The position numbers were made by a program, and so were the translations under genes. Positions 9,101 to 16,327 of a DNA stretch of 35,061 nucleotides are shown here, piece by piece (position 1 is the stretch's first letter; each line of letters opens with the position of its first letter). The notes beneath the pieces were generated by a model that was given only the letters and a program-made list of their open reading frames with translations, did no database searches and had not been told where the DNA came from. The DNA is taken from IMG/VR virus record IMGVR_UViG_2654587570_000013, positions 1-35,061 of that record. One strand, given 5' to 3'. Source of the DNA: a virus (taxonomy: Duplodnaviria > Heunggongvirae > Uroviricota > Caudoviricetes).

Positions 9101-9925
9101 GTTTGAATGCAAATCCATCTGGCGTACTTGTTTACGTACTTTCAGGAATGAATCAACGTTGATGTTTTCAATTGGTACGGATAAGCCATATTTTTCATTT
9201 GTTAGGTAGTGGAAAATCTGGTCCACGCCGTTAGTGCTTGCCTCAATAGCATTGGTTTCAAGGTTACGGATTTTTAAGCCCATAACATCGACCGCTACCT
9301 GGCTATTTGGTTGAAGGATATCAACACCAGCAGCCAAAGATTTGTCATCACGACGTAAAACAATACACATGGTCGCAATGCCGTTACCCTGATACCGATC
9401 ATCCCAATCAGCGCCCAAATGATGTTTAGCAAGATCTAATGCAGTGTTAGGATTTTTACCCGTGCGAAACTCGACTTCTAAAACTTTGCGGTATTCGTCT
9501 TTAATGTTTCCTTTATCGAGAATGCCATCACGAATTGTCATATTCTGGCTAATGAGAACGTTTTTATTATCGATGTGCAGTGCTTTAAAGTGATCGATCT
9601 CACCTTCGGCAATAGCAAAAATTTGTACCAGCTTGTTATTTTCACGCTGTGAAATTGCTTTGTAAACGCAGATTGCACCAGTTCGGGTAGTACCGAAAAG
9701 AACGGGTAAAACTGTCTTAGGATCGTTTGATGTTCCTAGTGTCACCGCATTATCTGGGCTTTGTACTTTCGGTGTTTTTGGTGCGCCTACAGTGGAAGCG
9801 ATCAAGGTCATTGCACCAGCAGCCATACCGATAGCGACTGCGGTCATAACAGAAAATGTTGCAGCAGCAGCCATCCCAGCAGACGCACCAGCAATAACCG
9901 CGCCTACTAATATTTCAAATCCCAT
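6179..9925 (-). CDS. tail tip / host-specificity protein, lambda J-like (1248 aa)
   Basis: Size and position after the K-like gene fit J. It has a hydrophobic gpI-like N-terminus, FN3-like middle, helical repeats (KIDQVKAELKGDI.. twice), a short A.IG.A.I repeat run and a distinct C-terminal domain. Confidence 0.85.
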   Translation of the reverse strand: MGFEILVGAVIAGASAGMAAAATFSVMTAVAIGMAAGAMTLIASTVGAPKTPKVQSPDNAVTLGTSNDPKTVLPVLFGTTRTGAICVYKAISQRENNKLVQIFAIAEGEIDHFKALHIDNKNVLISQNMTIRDGILDKGNIKDEYRKVLEVEFRTGKNPNTALDLAKHHLGADWDDRYQGNGIATMCIVLRRDDKSLAAGVDILQPNSQVAVDVMGLKIRNLETNAIEASTNGVDQIFHYLTNEKYGLSVPIENINVDSFLKVRKQVRQMDLHSNGACDPNASFKENLTSLMQTFGGVMFESFGRITLKLDAPDIVKHTFNEDNIMMGKVSLKTGGTNGYFNTINAMYQEPSIDYSEQMLRYPADAENDATIRQDGRIIAKDIEYRFVKSKAQIDKLASVERNKSRITQVISFMTTDAFTAEVWDVISVTYDELKLNNSLWRITAIDRSIDSGIAGMMTITATEYNSQVYTDLNYAANPDNRPTGLPDSMTVQKPTNFRIKATGETIHGKNVTLTWDVPEDFNRYGFQIDYKVSGSPNWIKLGQTSQQIFNINALAKDRSYDYRVCAFGIIARSEWVELVNQNPTVTYELPTPVIRIKNQGSSPGTFEGNDLIIEWENQQQLDVMINGEANKFSDLFEAYIIKVTNKAGKSIQYRTRDPESWTYTLDMNQFNGLSRELTVEVSVKGYNNSESAPARLVAINPQHKPMKGFSARGGFNTAFVSWADDVEHDYAGSIIQYATDNTFSDARAVTTNSVSHTSFDLADGDYYIRGAHYDIFGMDDAVWSEPYFMQMKSTISWDDQDKEALEDLIGLQDRLDETIADAIAQAGANADAKIDAMHKQITTETGQTVQASADTLKSLIATSEQASATKIDQVKAELKGDITKEVSASATTLKQAIATSEAASASKIDQVRVEMDGKIAGVNQEADVKIDALKGTINSKYNLAVNADGRVAGIHMSATNDPAEPTRIIFTADKIAVAPQDGSEVCPFGIEDNKVYLDNAMIRNAAIGTAQISDASITTAKIGTAQINGAHIQHAQIGTGHIIDGSIDNAKIGNYIQSYNWNGNDGWYIGKDGTCHFRHANIRGHLVADSGEMNNVTINSSCRILGMLDANQVRGDFVKVVGRSFPHRQPNWPDGAITVRVEDDHPFDRQIVIPAIHHNGSVRRGESSDHWDTCRLIVKKNGGVLYDRTATSGCMYSGVIDMPAGHGAVTMTFEVYCKGVNNYNPSAYISDLTVMVTKKAATGISVS

Positions 9926-10344
9926 TATTCACCCCCGAATCTATAAACTTGTTCATAGTCAATGTCTGAAACAGGAATGGTCATCCAGATACCATCTTCT
10001 TCAACGAGGCCATAACCGGAATAATGAGGAACTACGGAATAATATTTGCGGTTTCCTAATTTGTGGGCTGTGACCAGTAAGTCGCCGTCCTGTAAATCAT
10101 CAGTGACTAATTTGAAATGTTTCTTAATTGGTTGAAGGATATTTGTGTATCCGCTTAATTCTTTGCAGATTTTCAAGCCTTCTTCTTTAGTTGAATATTT
10201 TTTATAAAGAGAATTATATAGGTCAGTACCAGCGAGAATATCGATGATCTTACATGCAATTATATTGCAATCATTCTCGCCTTGAACGAACTCCTGACCT
10301 ATTAAAGAATTGATGTAATCGGTGATAAGCCTAGTTTTTAGCAT
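9925..10344 (-). CDS. tail tip assembly protein, NlpC/P60-like (lambda K position, 139 aa)
   Basis: GGAGG lies 8 nt upstream of ATG 10344, so the track's longer start overlaps the upstream gene. ENDCN Cys motif. TAATG overlap with the J-like start. Confidence 0.65.
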   Translation of the reverse strand: MLKTRLITDYINSLIGQEFVQGENDCNIIACKIIDILAGTDLYNSLYKKYSTKEEGLKICKELSGYTNILQPIKKHFKLVTDDLQDGDLLVTAHKLGNRKYYSVVPHYSGYGLVEEDGIWMTIPVSDIDYEQVYRFGGE

Positions 10345-10390
10345 GTTGAATACCTCCATGCAGTTATTTACTAGGCTTAGGGAGAAGGGA

Positions 10391-11044
10391 TTATTTCTTC
10401 GATGAATGCCACTTGCTTTCGCTATTCCAGCGACCCGTCCTTGAGAAGAATAGATCGTTCTCGTTTCCAACATAGGAACGGTGGATACCATCGGAAGCAT
10501 GACTACGAGCGTTTTTATCTAGAACTTCCCAGATACTATTAAGCTGAAATTCTGATTCGTTTTTACACTCTTCATCTTCATGTTCGATGTTAATACCGAT
10601 GGAATCGACTACCCCACGGAAAACAGGGTAAGTAGTTTCAACCTTGCCCGTGTTGGGGTTAAGGAAAACCATCTCGATTTTCACATCAGATTTATCGAAT
10701 TGCTTGTTACGAATCAGGGTAATGTATTCTTCGCGAACGTTAGAAACAGTTACGTTGATCCCGTTGTTGTTGATCTCCTTCTCTTCGGTATTCGATGAGA
10801 TTTGAAGAAAGTCACCCGTTGCAAGATACGTAAAACCGTTATAGTCCAAATCGAAGTACCCATCTGTAAGCCGTAGAACGTCTCCTGACGCGGTTATTAC
10901 TTCGATAATGTGAAACATCGATCCAGTGGAAAAAAGCTGCGGTAGAGTCAATCTAGACACATTCTGCCCTGTCTGGTCGTTGTAGACCTCGATGAAGTCC
11001 AGATTAGTGCATAGTTTGCTGAATGATTCCTGAATAGTTGCCAT
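10391..11044 (-). CDS. minor tail protein (lambda L position, 217 aa)
   Basis: Called from synteny (tape measure, M-position, this gene, K-like, J-like) and the TAATG overlap with the upstream gene. Confidence 0.55.
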   Translation of the reverse strand: MATIQESFSKLCTNLDFIEVYNDQTGQNVSRLTLPQLFSTGSMFHIIEVITASGDVLRLTDGYFDLDYNGFTYLATGDFLQISSNTEEKEINNNGINVTVSNVREEYITLIRNKQFDKSDVKIEMVFLNPNTGKVETTYPVFRGVVDSIGINIEHEDEECKNESEFQLNSIWEVLDKNARSHASDGIHRSYVGNENDLFFSRTGRWNSESKWHSSKK

Positions 11045-11604
11045 TATACATTCTCCACTAATTCAAATTTCATCTTGCCGATCTGAGCGATCTTCCAATC
11101 GATGTTTTCAGTTTTGAGAACAAATTCACCTTCTACGTTCTGATACTTGATCACCTCACCCGCTAGGACGTTCTGACGCAAGTTAGGGAAGAGTTTCATT
11201 TCGCCACCTGATTTCACATCTTCGGTGATCGTGTAGATTTTCTTGTGGTTCTCAAACTGGATGATAGTTCCCGCTTTCAGTGTTCCGGTGAAGTTGGAGA
11301 TTCTCACCTTACGCCCACCGCGAGCAGTACCAGCAGCAGCCGTTACCATCTGGCGTACATCACCTGTGTATTTTGAAAAGTAAGACAGTGGCACATTGAA
11401 AGGACGACCAAAAAGGTGACGTGCTACAAATTCTTTTACTTCGTTAATATCCTGAGCCATGAAATTCGCGGTAAATTCTGCTTCGTAAAAATGGATGCCA
11501 GTAAAGCGACGCTGGAACTTACCGGATATAGATTGCGCCTTGAAGAAAGGCTGTTTTGATTTAAGAGTAAAATCTGTGATTTTAATATTCTTGGATTTGA
11601 ACAT
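11044..11604 (-). CDS. distal tail / minor tail protein (lambda M position, 186 aa)
   Basis: First gene after the tape measure. Called by position only. Confidence 0.5.
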   Translation of the reverse strand: MFKSKNIKITDFTLKSKQPFFKAQSISGKFQRRFTGIHFYEAEFTANFMAQDINEVKEFVARHLFGRPFNVPLSYFSKYTGDVRQMVTAAAGTARGGRKVRISNFTGTLKAGTIIQFENHKKIYTITEDVKSGGEMKLFPNLRQNVLAGEVIKYQNVEGEFVLKTENIDWKIAQIGKMKFELVENV

Positions 11605-11606
11605 AG

Positions 11607-11652
11607 AAAAGCCCCCATAGTTTTATGATTATTTATGACTATGGGGGCTTTT
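11607..11652 (-). terminator. strong symmetric hairpin (attenuator/terminator) between tape measure and tip genes
   Basis: AAAAGCCCCCATAGT / 16-nt loop / ACTATGGGGGCTTTT, with 11 perfect GC-rich pairs extended by A-T pairs. U-runs are available on both strands. Confidence 0.5.
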
Positions 11653-11654
11653 AA

Positions 11655-14084
11655 TTACATCTTACGACGCTGTGCGTCTTCTACCGCCTGAGCAACTAAC
11701 TTAGCGTGACGTTTGATAGCATCCATGACCATCTTGTCTGAGCTATTAACGTTGCCGTTAATGTTCAAAGGCGCATTAACTTCAATCGGCTGAGAGTTAC
11801 CACCACCTGATTTTTGAGCAGCAAGGAAGTCTTTCAAATCGCCGTTAGTACGCTGATCAACTACTCGTTCACCCTTATCAAGCAACCATGTACCCTCACG
11901 CGGGATGTTATCGATACCATCATGAGCCATACCGCTAACGTTAGTAGACTTGATGTTTGCGATGTTCCCCATGTTCTGAGAAACAGCCAATGCAGCAGCA
12001 GCGATCTTTTGTCCTGTGGTGACGTTGGTCGGATCGTTCCATGCATCGGTAGCAGCCGTCCACATGTTCACCGTCGCTTGTCCGATAGAGAATGCTTTAT
12101 GAGCATTGAAAGCCATCTGCATAGCTTTAGTGTTTTCCTGCCCGAAGAGAGTCATTGCAGCAGCAAAACCGCCATACATATCATCGGCTATTGACTGGCG
12201 AGCATCAGCATATTTCTTTTCAATTGCAGCCATCCGTTTTTGATGGTTTTCATTGAGTTTTTCTAATGCTTCCATCCGTTTAGCCGGATCATTAATACCG
12301 TCAATCTTGAGTTTATCGGTCTTATAATCTTGTTCAGCATCCGATTTCTCTTTATCGATTGCATTAAATTTAGCAAACGGATTATTTGAGTCTTGATAAT
12401 CATAACCACTAGTTAATTGATTGGTTTTATAACCATCCATTCCCTGTAAAGAATTTTCAATCTGAGAATAGTTTTGCTCGGTATCGTTCACACGACGCAT
12501 ATATTCTTCGTAGGAGATAGCTTTACCATCAAGTAACCGTTTATGGCTTTCTAGCTCGTTGTCCCTGATTTGTTGCAATTGTGTTAAAGCATTCAGAGCA
12601 TCAATCGGATCAGCACCCAACATCATTTTATAAACGTTTTCAGTATTCTGATCGATTAGCGCCTGGCGTTTCGCGGCTGCGTCTTCCTGAGAGATTAAGC
12701 CCAGAGCTAACGCGTCGTTCACATCTTTTAAGCTGTTTTGCAACTGGCTATTTTGAGAAGTGATAGACGCTGCAACTTGCCCTTGCAATTTAACATCAAG
12801 TGCATTCAGTCGCTTGATTGCATCCTCGCGTGCTTTCTGTGCTTTTTCTGCGGCTTCCTTAGCCTTTTTAGCTGCCTCTTCCGCTTTCTTGCGTGCTTCT
12901 TCTTCGGCTTTCTTCTCATTACCAGACTTACCCAATGATTCTGGTCTTACTGGTTTATTTGGTATAGTCAAATCACGGTTAGGATCTGCCTTGCGGGTTA
13001 GATGTTCCCCGTTATCGACAACAATCAGAGAGCCATTTTTCTTATAAGAATCACCAAAACGTTTCTTAAATCCTTCAACATCAAAGCCAGCAGTACGAGG
13101 ATCGACACCAGCACCACGGATCGCGGCCTTTTCCCAATCTGCCAGATTATTCCAACGCTTTTCTTTATTGTACTTGTCAATAATTTTTTGAGCGTCTTTA
13201 TGGTTGGCGTTAAGAATACCGCCAGTTGCGGTCTTGCCTTCTTTATTCAGTCGATCTAATGCCCTGAATAGAGAACTCTTTTCCCAATCAATATTAAACC
13301 AGTCAAATAACCAGTTTAAACTATCAACCAGCGGACCAGAAATGGTCATACCGACACCTTTCAGGTTATTTTCCAGCTTATTGATATTTTGAGAAAATTT
13401 ATCATATTTTTTAGCGTTTTCTTCGGTGACGTTAACAGATTGATTCTGAATAGCGATCATCGCCTCTTGAGCAGTATTATATTTCTCAAGCTGGCTGGTC
13501 ATATGGCTTGAATCACTGGCTAAAGATTCCATCATGAACTTGATTTCAGCCATTGATTTTCCGGCTTTCTTCATGTCATAGAACACTTGGATCGCCGCTT
13601 TCATACCACCTTGCGGATCAGTCATGAAGTGAGCATAGTTTTCTAACTTAAGGCCAACCGATTCTAAGTCATCGGCAATACCGCCACCGTTAGCCCATGC
13701 ATCACCCATTTTATCTAAGGTGTCTTTGTTGATATCACCAAATTTTTCAACTGTTAGGCCAGTACCAGAAAATTCCTTTTCCAGTCTTTGAAGGGATTCA
13801 ATCGAGAGTCCGGTCGCCTTAGATACTTCTGAATATTGTTTAACGTATTCCGCGCCAGCTTTAGCGGCTGCAACCACTGCGGTCGCAACTAAGCCGATAC
13901 CACCAGCAGCTAAACCAGCAGAGCCAGCAATACCACGAAGAGATCCAGTCAGACCAGACAAGCCACCACCAAAATCAATATTACTTGCCTTTTCAGACAA
14001 ATCATCGAGCAGGTCAGCGGCTTCACTAGTGCTTCTCTTTAGCCCTTTATTATCCCCTTCTATTGTTACTATATGTTTTGTCAT
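11655..14084 (-). CDS. tape measure protein (809 aa)
   Basis: Size, position after the G/GT chaperones, long helical Ala/Lys/Glu-rich regions and N-terminal glycine-rich hydrophobic segments. Confidence 0.85.
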   Translation of the reverse strand: MTKHIVTIEGDNKGLKRSTSEAADLLDDLSEKASNIDFGGGLSGLTGSLRGIAGSAGLAAGGIGLVATAVVAAAKAGAEYVKQYSEVSKATGLSIESLQRLEKEFSGTGLTVEKFGDINKDTLDKMGDAWANGGGIADDLESVGLKLENYAHFMTDPQGGMKAAIQVFYDMKKAGKSMAEIKFMMESLASDSSHMTSQLEKYNTAQEAMIAIQNQSVNVTEENAKKYDKFSQNINKLENNLKGVGMTISGPLVDSLNWLFDWFNIDWEKSSLFRALDRLNKEGKTATGGILNANHKDAQKIIDKYNKEKRWNNLADWEKAAIRGAGVDPRTAGFDVEGFKKRFGDSYKKNGSLIVVDNGEHLTRKADPNRDLTIPNKPVRPESLGKSGNEKKAEEEARKKAEEAAKKAKEAAEKAQKAREDAIKRLNALDVKLQGQVAASITSQNSQLQNSLKDVNDALALGLISQEDAAAKRQALIDQNTENVYKMMLGADPIDALNALTQLQQIRDNELESHKRLLDGKAISYEEYMRRVNDTEQNYSQIENSLQGMDGYKTNQLTSGYDYQDSNNPFAKFNAIDKEKSDAEQDYKTDKLKIDGINDPAKRMEALEKLNENHQKRMAAIEKKYADARQSIADDMYGGFAAAMTLFGQENTKAMQMAFNAHKAFSIGQATVNMWTAATDAWNDPTNVTTGQKIAAAALAVSQNMGNIANIKSTNVSGMAHDGIDNIPREGTWLLDKGERVVDQRTNGDLKDFLAAQKSGGGNSQPIEVNAPLNINGNVNSSDKMVMDAIKRHAKLVAQAVEDAQRRKM

Positions 14085-14095
14085 AAATTACCCCT

Positions 14096-14437
14096 TTAAC
14101 CGCTTCTGAGTTTCTCAAGCAAAGATGGATCAAACATGTTCAGCATTGTCGCTTTACGTTCTTCTTCTTTCTTGCGTACAAGTTCTTCCTGTTCTTCTTT
14201 AGTTTTAAAGAGTTTTTCTTCTCTAATTAATTGGAATTGGCTAGGCTTGAGTTTCTTTGCAGTTTCACGAGTCATTCCTTGCGACGTCATATACATGGAA
14301 TACTGCAACATCGCATTCTGCATATCATGAAACGCGGGGCTTTGTGGTTCTAAGTAGGTGTCGAAAATGTATAATTTCCAAAATAGAGTGATTGGCATAT
14401 TATCCATTTCATCTTTACTAAGCCCCGATCTCATCAT
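14096..14437 (-). CDS. tail assembly chaperone T-like segment (expressed as a -1 frameshift extension of the upstream ORF)
   Basis: The ORF lies exactly in the -1 frame of 14467..14775. No SD precedes its ATG, and the -1 frame is open from 14484. Confidence 0.55.
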   Translation of the reverse strand: MMRSGLSKDEMDNMPITLFWKLYIFDTYLEPQSPAFHDMQNAMLQYSMYMTSQGMTRETAKKLKPSQFQLIREEKLFKTKEEQEELVRKKEEERKATMLNMFDPSLLEKLRSG

Positions 14438-14466
14438 TTGCCGGAAATAGAAATTCAGAAGCGGGT

Positions 14467-14775
14467 TTACTTTACCTCGTTTTCAATTACCGCCGGATCT
14501 TGCATCAATGAGGCTTGAGCAACCAAACCGATTAATTCACTGCGGACGTTAGTATACAGTGCCTTAACTTGTTCAATAGATTCAAATACTGGTTTACCGT
14601 CTTCATCTTCAATACAACGAAGAATCGAACGTTCGTCACGGTCTTCTTTATCAGTATTAAAAACATGTTCGTTAAATTCTTTTACTGACATAGGGCGAGC
14701 ATAGAAAGTGAATCCACCGATGGTCAGAGATTCGCGTTTCGGAGAGAGTGCGGCTAACATTTCGTTAATATTCAT
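14467..14775 (-). CDS. tail assembly chaperone G-like (102 aa)
   Basis: Canonical position between the tube and tape-measure genes, with the size expected of a G-like chaperone. Confidence 0.65.
   Translation of the reverse strand: MNINEMLAALSPKRESLTIGGFTFYARPMSVKEFNEHVFNTDKEDRDERSILRCIEDEDGKPVFESIEQVKALYTNVRSELIGLVAQASLMQDPAVIENEVK
14469..14476 (-). promoter_or_regulatory. candidate -1 slippery site G-GUA-AAG-UAA
   Basis: On the minus strand the last sense codons are GAG GTA AAG TAA. Slipping tRNA-Lys from AAG to AAA enters the open -1 frame. This is not a full X XXY YYZ heptamer. Confidence 0.35.
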
Positions 14776-14823
14776 TCTTGTTTCCTCTTAAGTTAATTAG
14801 ATATGTTTATTTAGAATTGGAAA

Positions 14824-14849
14824 CAAAAAAGCCACCCCGAAGGATGGCT
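14824..14849 (-). terminator. intrinsic terminator after the major tube gene
   Basis: Minus strand reads AGCCAUCC-UUCG-GGGUGGCU followed by UUUUUU. Confidence 0.7.
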
Positions 14850-14857
14850 AGATAATA

Positions 14858-15328
14858 TTAGACTTTCTGGAAAACAGCTTGTTTGACCGGAGCACCATCT
14901 ACTACAAAGGTGAAGGTACGGCCTACTACAGCATCCTCACCACCAGTCATGGTAGTTTTAGACAGGAAGCCGTTATAAGCGATATGTACACCAGATTTTT
15001 TCGTAGCATCGATGTAGTAAGCAATTTTAAGCTGTACGCGCTTACCGTCTTCGGTTGCTTTAATCAGTTTTTCGTGTACTTCGTTACCCGGCATGTAGTT
15101 GATCGAAAGTTCGATATCCGGTACAGACATACGACCAACCAGCTTACGGTTATACGGACCACCGAAGTTAGGAACATCGATAGTAGAACGTTCTACACCA
15201 GTTTCCGGGAAAGCCGCACATTCTGGAATTTCCAGATAGCTTTCACTGTCAAGATCGGTGTTAGTTACTTCTTCATGCAGAAACAGACCAACGAGGCCAC
15301 CAGAAAAAATATCAAATTTAGTAGTCAT
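14858..15328 (-). CDS. major tail tube protein (156 aa)
   Basis: Canonical position upstream of G/GT. It has strong codon optimisation (the codon-aligned antisense frame is stop-free) and its own terminator. Confidence 0.75.
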   Translation of the reverse strand: MTTKFDIFSGGLVGLFLHEEVTNTDLDSESYLEIPECAAFPETGVERSTIDVPNFGGPYNRKLVGRMSVPDIELSINYMPGNEVHEKLIKATEDGKRVQLKIAYYIDATKKSGVHIAYNGFLSKTTMTGGEDAVVGRTFTFVVDGAPVKQAVFQKV

Positions 15329-15382
15329 TATTCTTTTCCTTCTATTTTAAACAATAGGGCACATACCCGTAATTCTATTTAT

Positions 15383-15685
15383 TTAGCGGTTGCTCAAACG
15401 TCTATAACGAAGATGAGCGATCCCCCTATTTGTGCTAACGGTAATTACCGCCCCTTGCGGTGCAATACAAGAATGAATCTGTCCCCAATCATGACCCTTA
15501 TGGCTTCCAGAAACACACAAACCATGAATAAGCAATTCAGAGTCACCACCGCCACCACCGGAAGAATGAGCACAGAATGAAATAGTCCCGAAAGCGTCGG
15601 CTGTCCAACCGTTAGGAATATCAAACCATCCCTGATTTGCTTTACCCGCCCTATTCCCCAAAGCGCCATCTACCCAAAATGCCAT
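15383..15685 (-). CDS. glycine-rich small protein, paralog 3 of 3 (100 aa)
   Basis: Shares M..W...FDIPNGW...G-rich loop...GL...WG...V(S/T) with the two upstream genes. TAATG overlap with paralog 2. Confidence 0.7.
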   Translation of the reverse strand: MAFWVDGALGNRAGKANQGWFDIPNGWTADAFGTISFCAHSSGGGGGDSELLIHGLCVSGSHKGHDWGQIHSCIAPQGAVITVSTNRGIAHLRYRRLSNR

Positions 15686-15990
15686 TAGTGCATTCTCCTG
15701 AATTTAAAATAATGCAAGCTACCTTTACCCAATGTAAAGCTAACGGTAGCACCAGCGCCAACTAAAGAACTAGCGCCCCAACTCCCGGCATCAGCCGCAT
15801 GATGACCCGATTCAATCAATCCATTTACGACCAATTCAGAATCAAGATCACCAGCACCGTTAATGGCTTCCATATGAGCAAAAACAATTCCGCATGAATC
15901 AGTAACCCAGCCGTTGGGGATATCAAAATATCCACCATTAGCCCAAATACTAATAGCGTTTGACATTCTTTGATTTATCCATCCAGCCAT
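15685..15990 (-). CDS. glycine-rich small protein, paralog 2 of 3 (101 aa)
   Basis: FDIPNGW motif and C-terminal YFKF, as in paralog 1. Its start lies 2 nt after the paralog 1 stop. Confidence 0.7.
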   Translation of the reverse strand: MAGWINQRMSNAISIWANGGYFDIPNGWVTDSCGIVFAHMEAINGAGDLDSELVVNGLIESGHHAADAGSWGASSLVGAGATVSFTLGKGSLHYFKFRRMH

Positions 15991-15992
15991 AA

Positions 15993-16289
15993 TTAAAACT
16001 CCATGAATTTAAAATATTCAACACCACCTTCACCCCCTAAACCAAAGGAGACGGTGCAGCCAGCAGGAACAAACGAATTTATAGTAGATCCCCAATTGGT
16101 CCCACCACGACGACGAGCAACGGTCAAACCATCTACGTTAATATGTGCATCAGACCACCCACCACCAGCATTATGACGCATTACAGCGACACCAGCACGA
16201 GCAGTACCATAGCCGTTAGGAATATCAAATACATGCCATTTTAAAGCATCGATTTTAGTATTAATTTCGCTACTTACCCAATATCCCAT
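15993..16289 (-). CDS. glycine-rich small protein, paralog 1 of 3 (98 aa)
   Basis: AAGGA RBS. FDIPNGY motif, GGGW loop and C-terminal YFKF. It lies directly downstream of the fibre gene. Confidence 0.7.
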   Translation of the reverse strand: MGYWVSSEINTKIDALKWHVFDIPNGYGTARAGVAVMRHNAGGGWSDAHINVDGLTVARRRGGTNWGSTINSFVPAGCTVSFGLGGEGGVEYFKFMEF

Positions 16290-16327
16290 ATAAGAATCCT
16301 TAGCGGAGATTTCTCCCCGCTTTCCAA

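Noticed and set aside
14879-15580. Long plus-strand ORF (233 aa) antisense to the tube gene, and similar long antisense ORFs at 21561..22322, 22114..22590, 31945..32412 and 32416..32973.
   Set aside because: Four of the five (all but 22114..22590) are codon-aligned with strongly optimised sense genes that avoid TTA/CTA/TCA, so the antisense frame simply lacks stops. Their products are low-complexity and they have no RBS. They are used only as evidence of codon bias in the sense genes.
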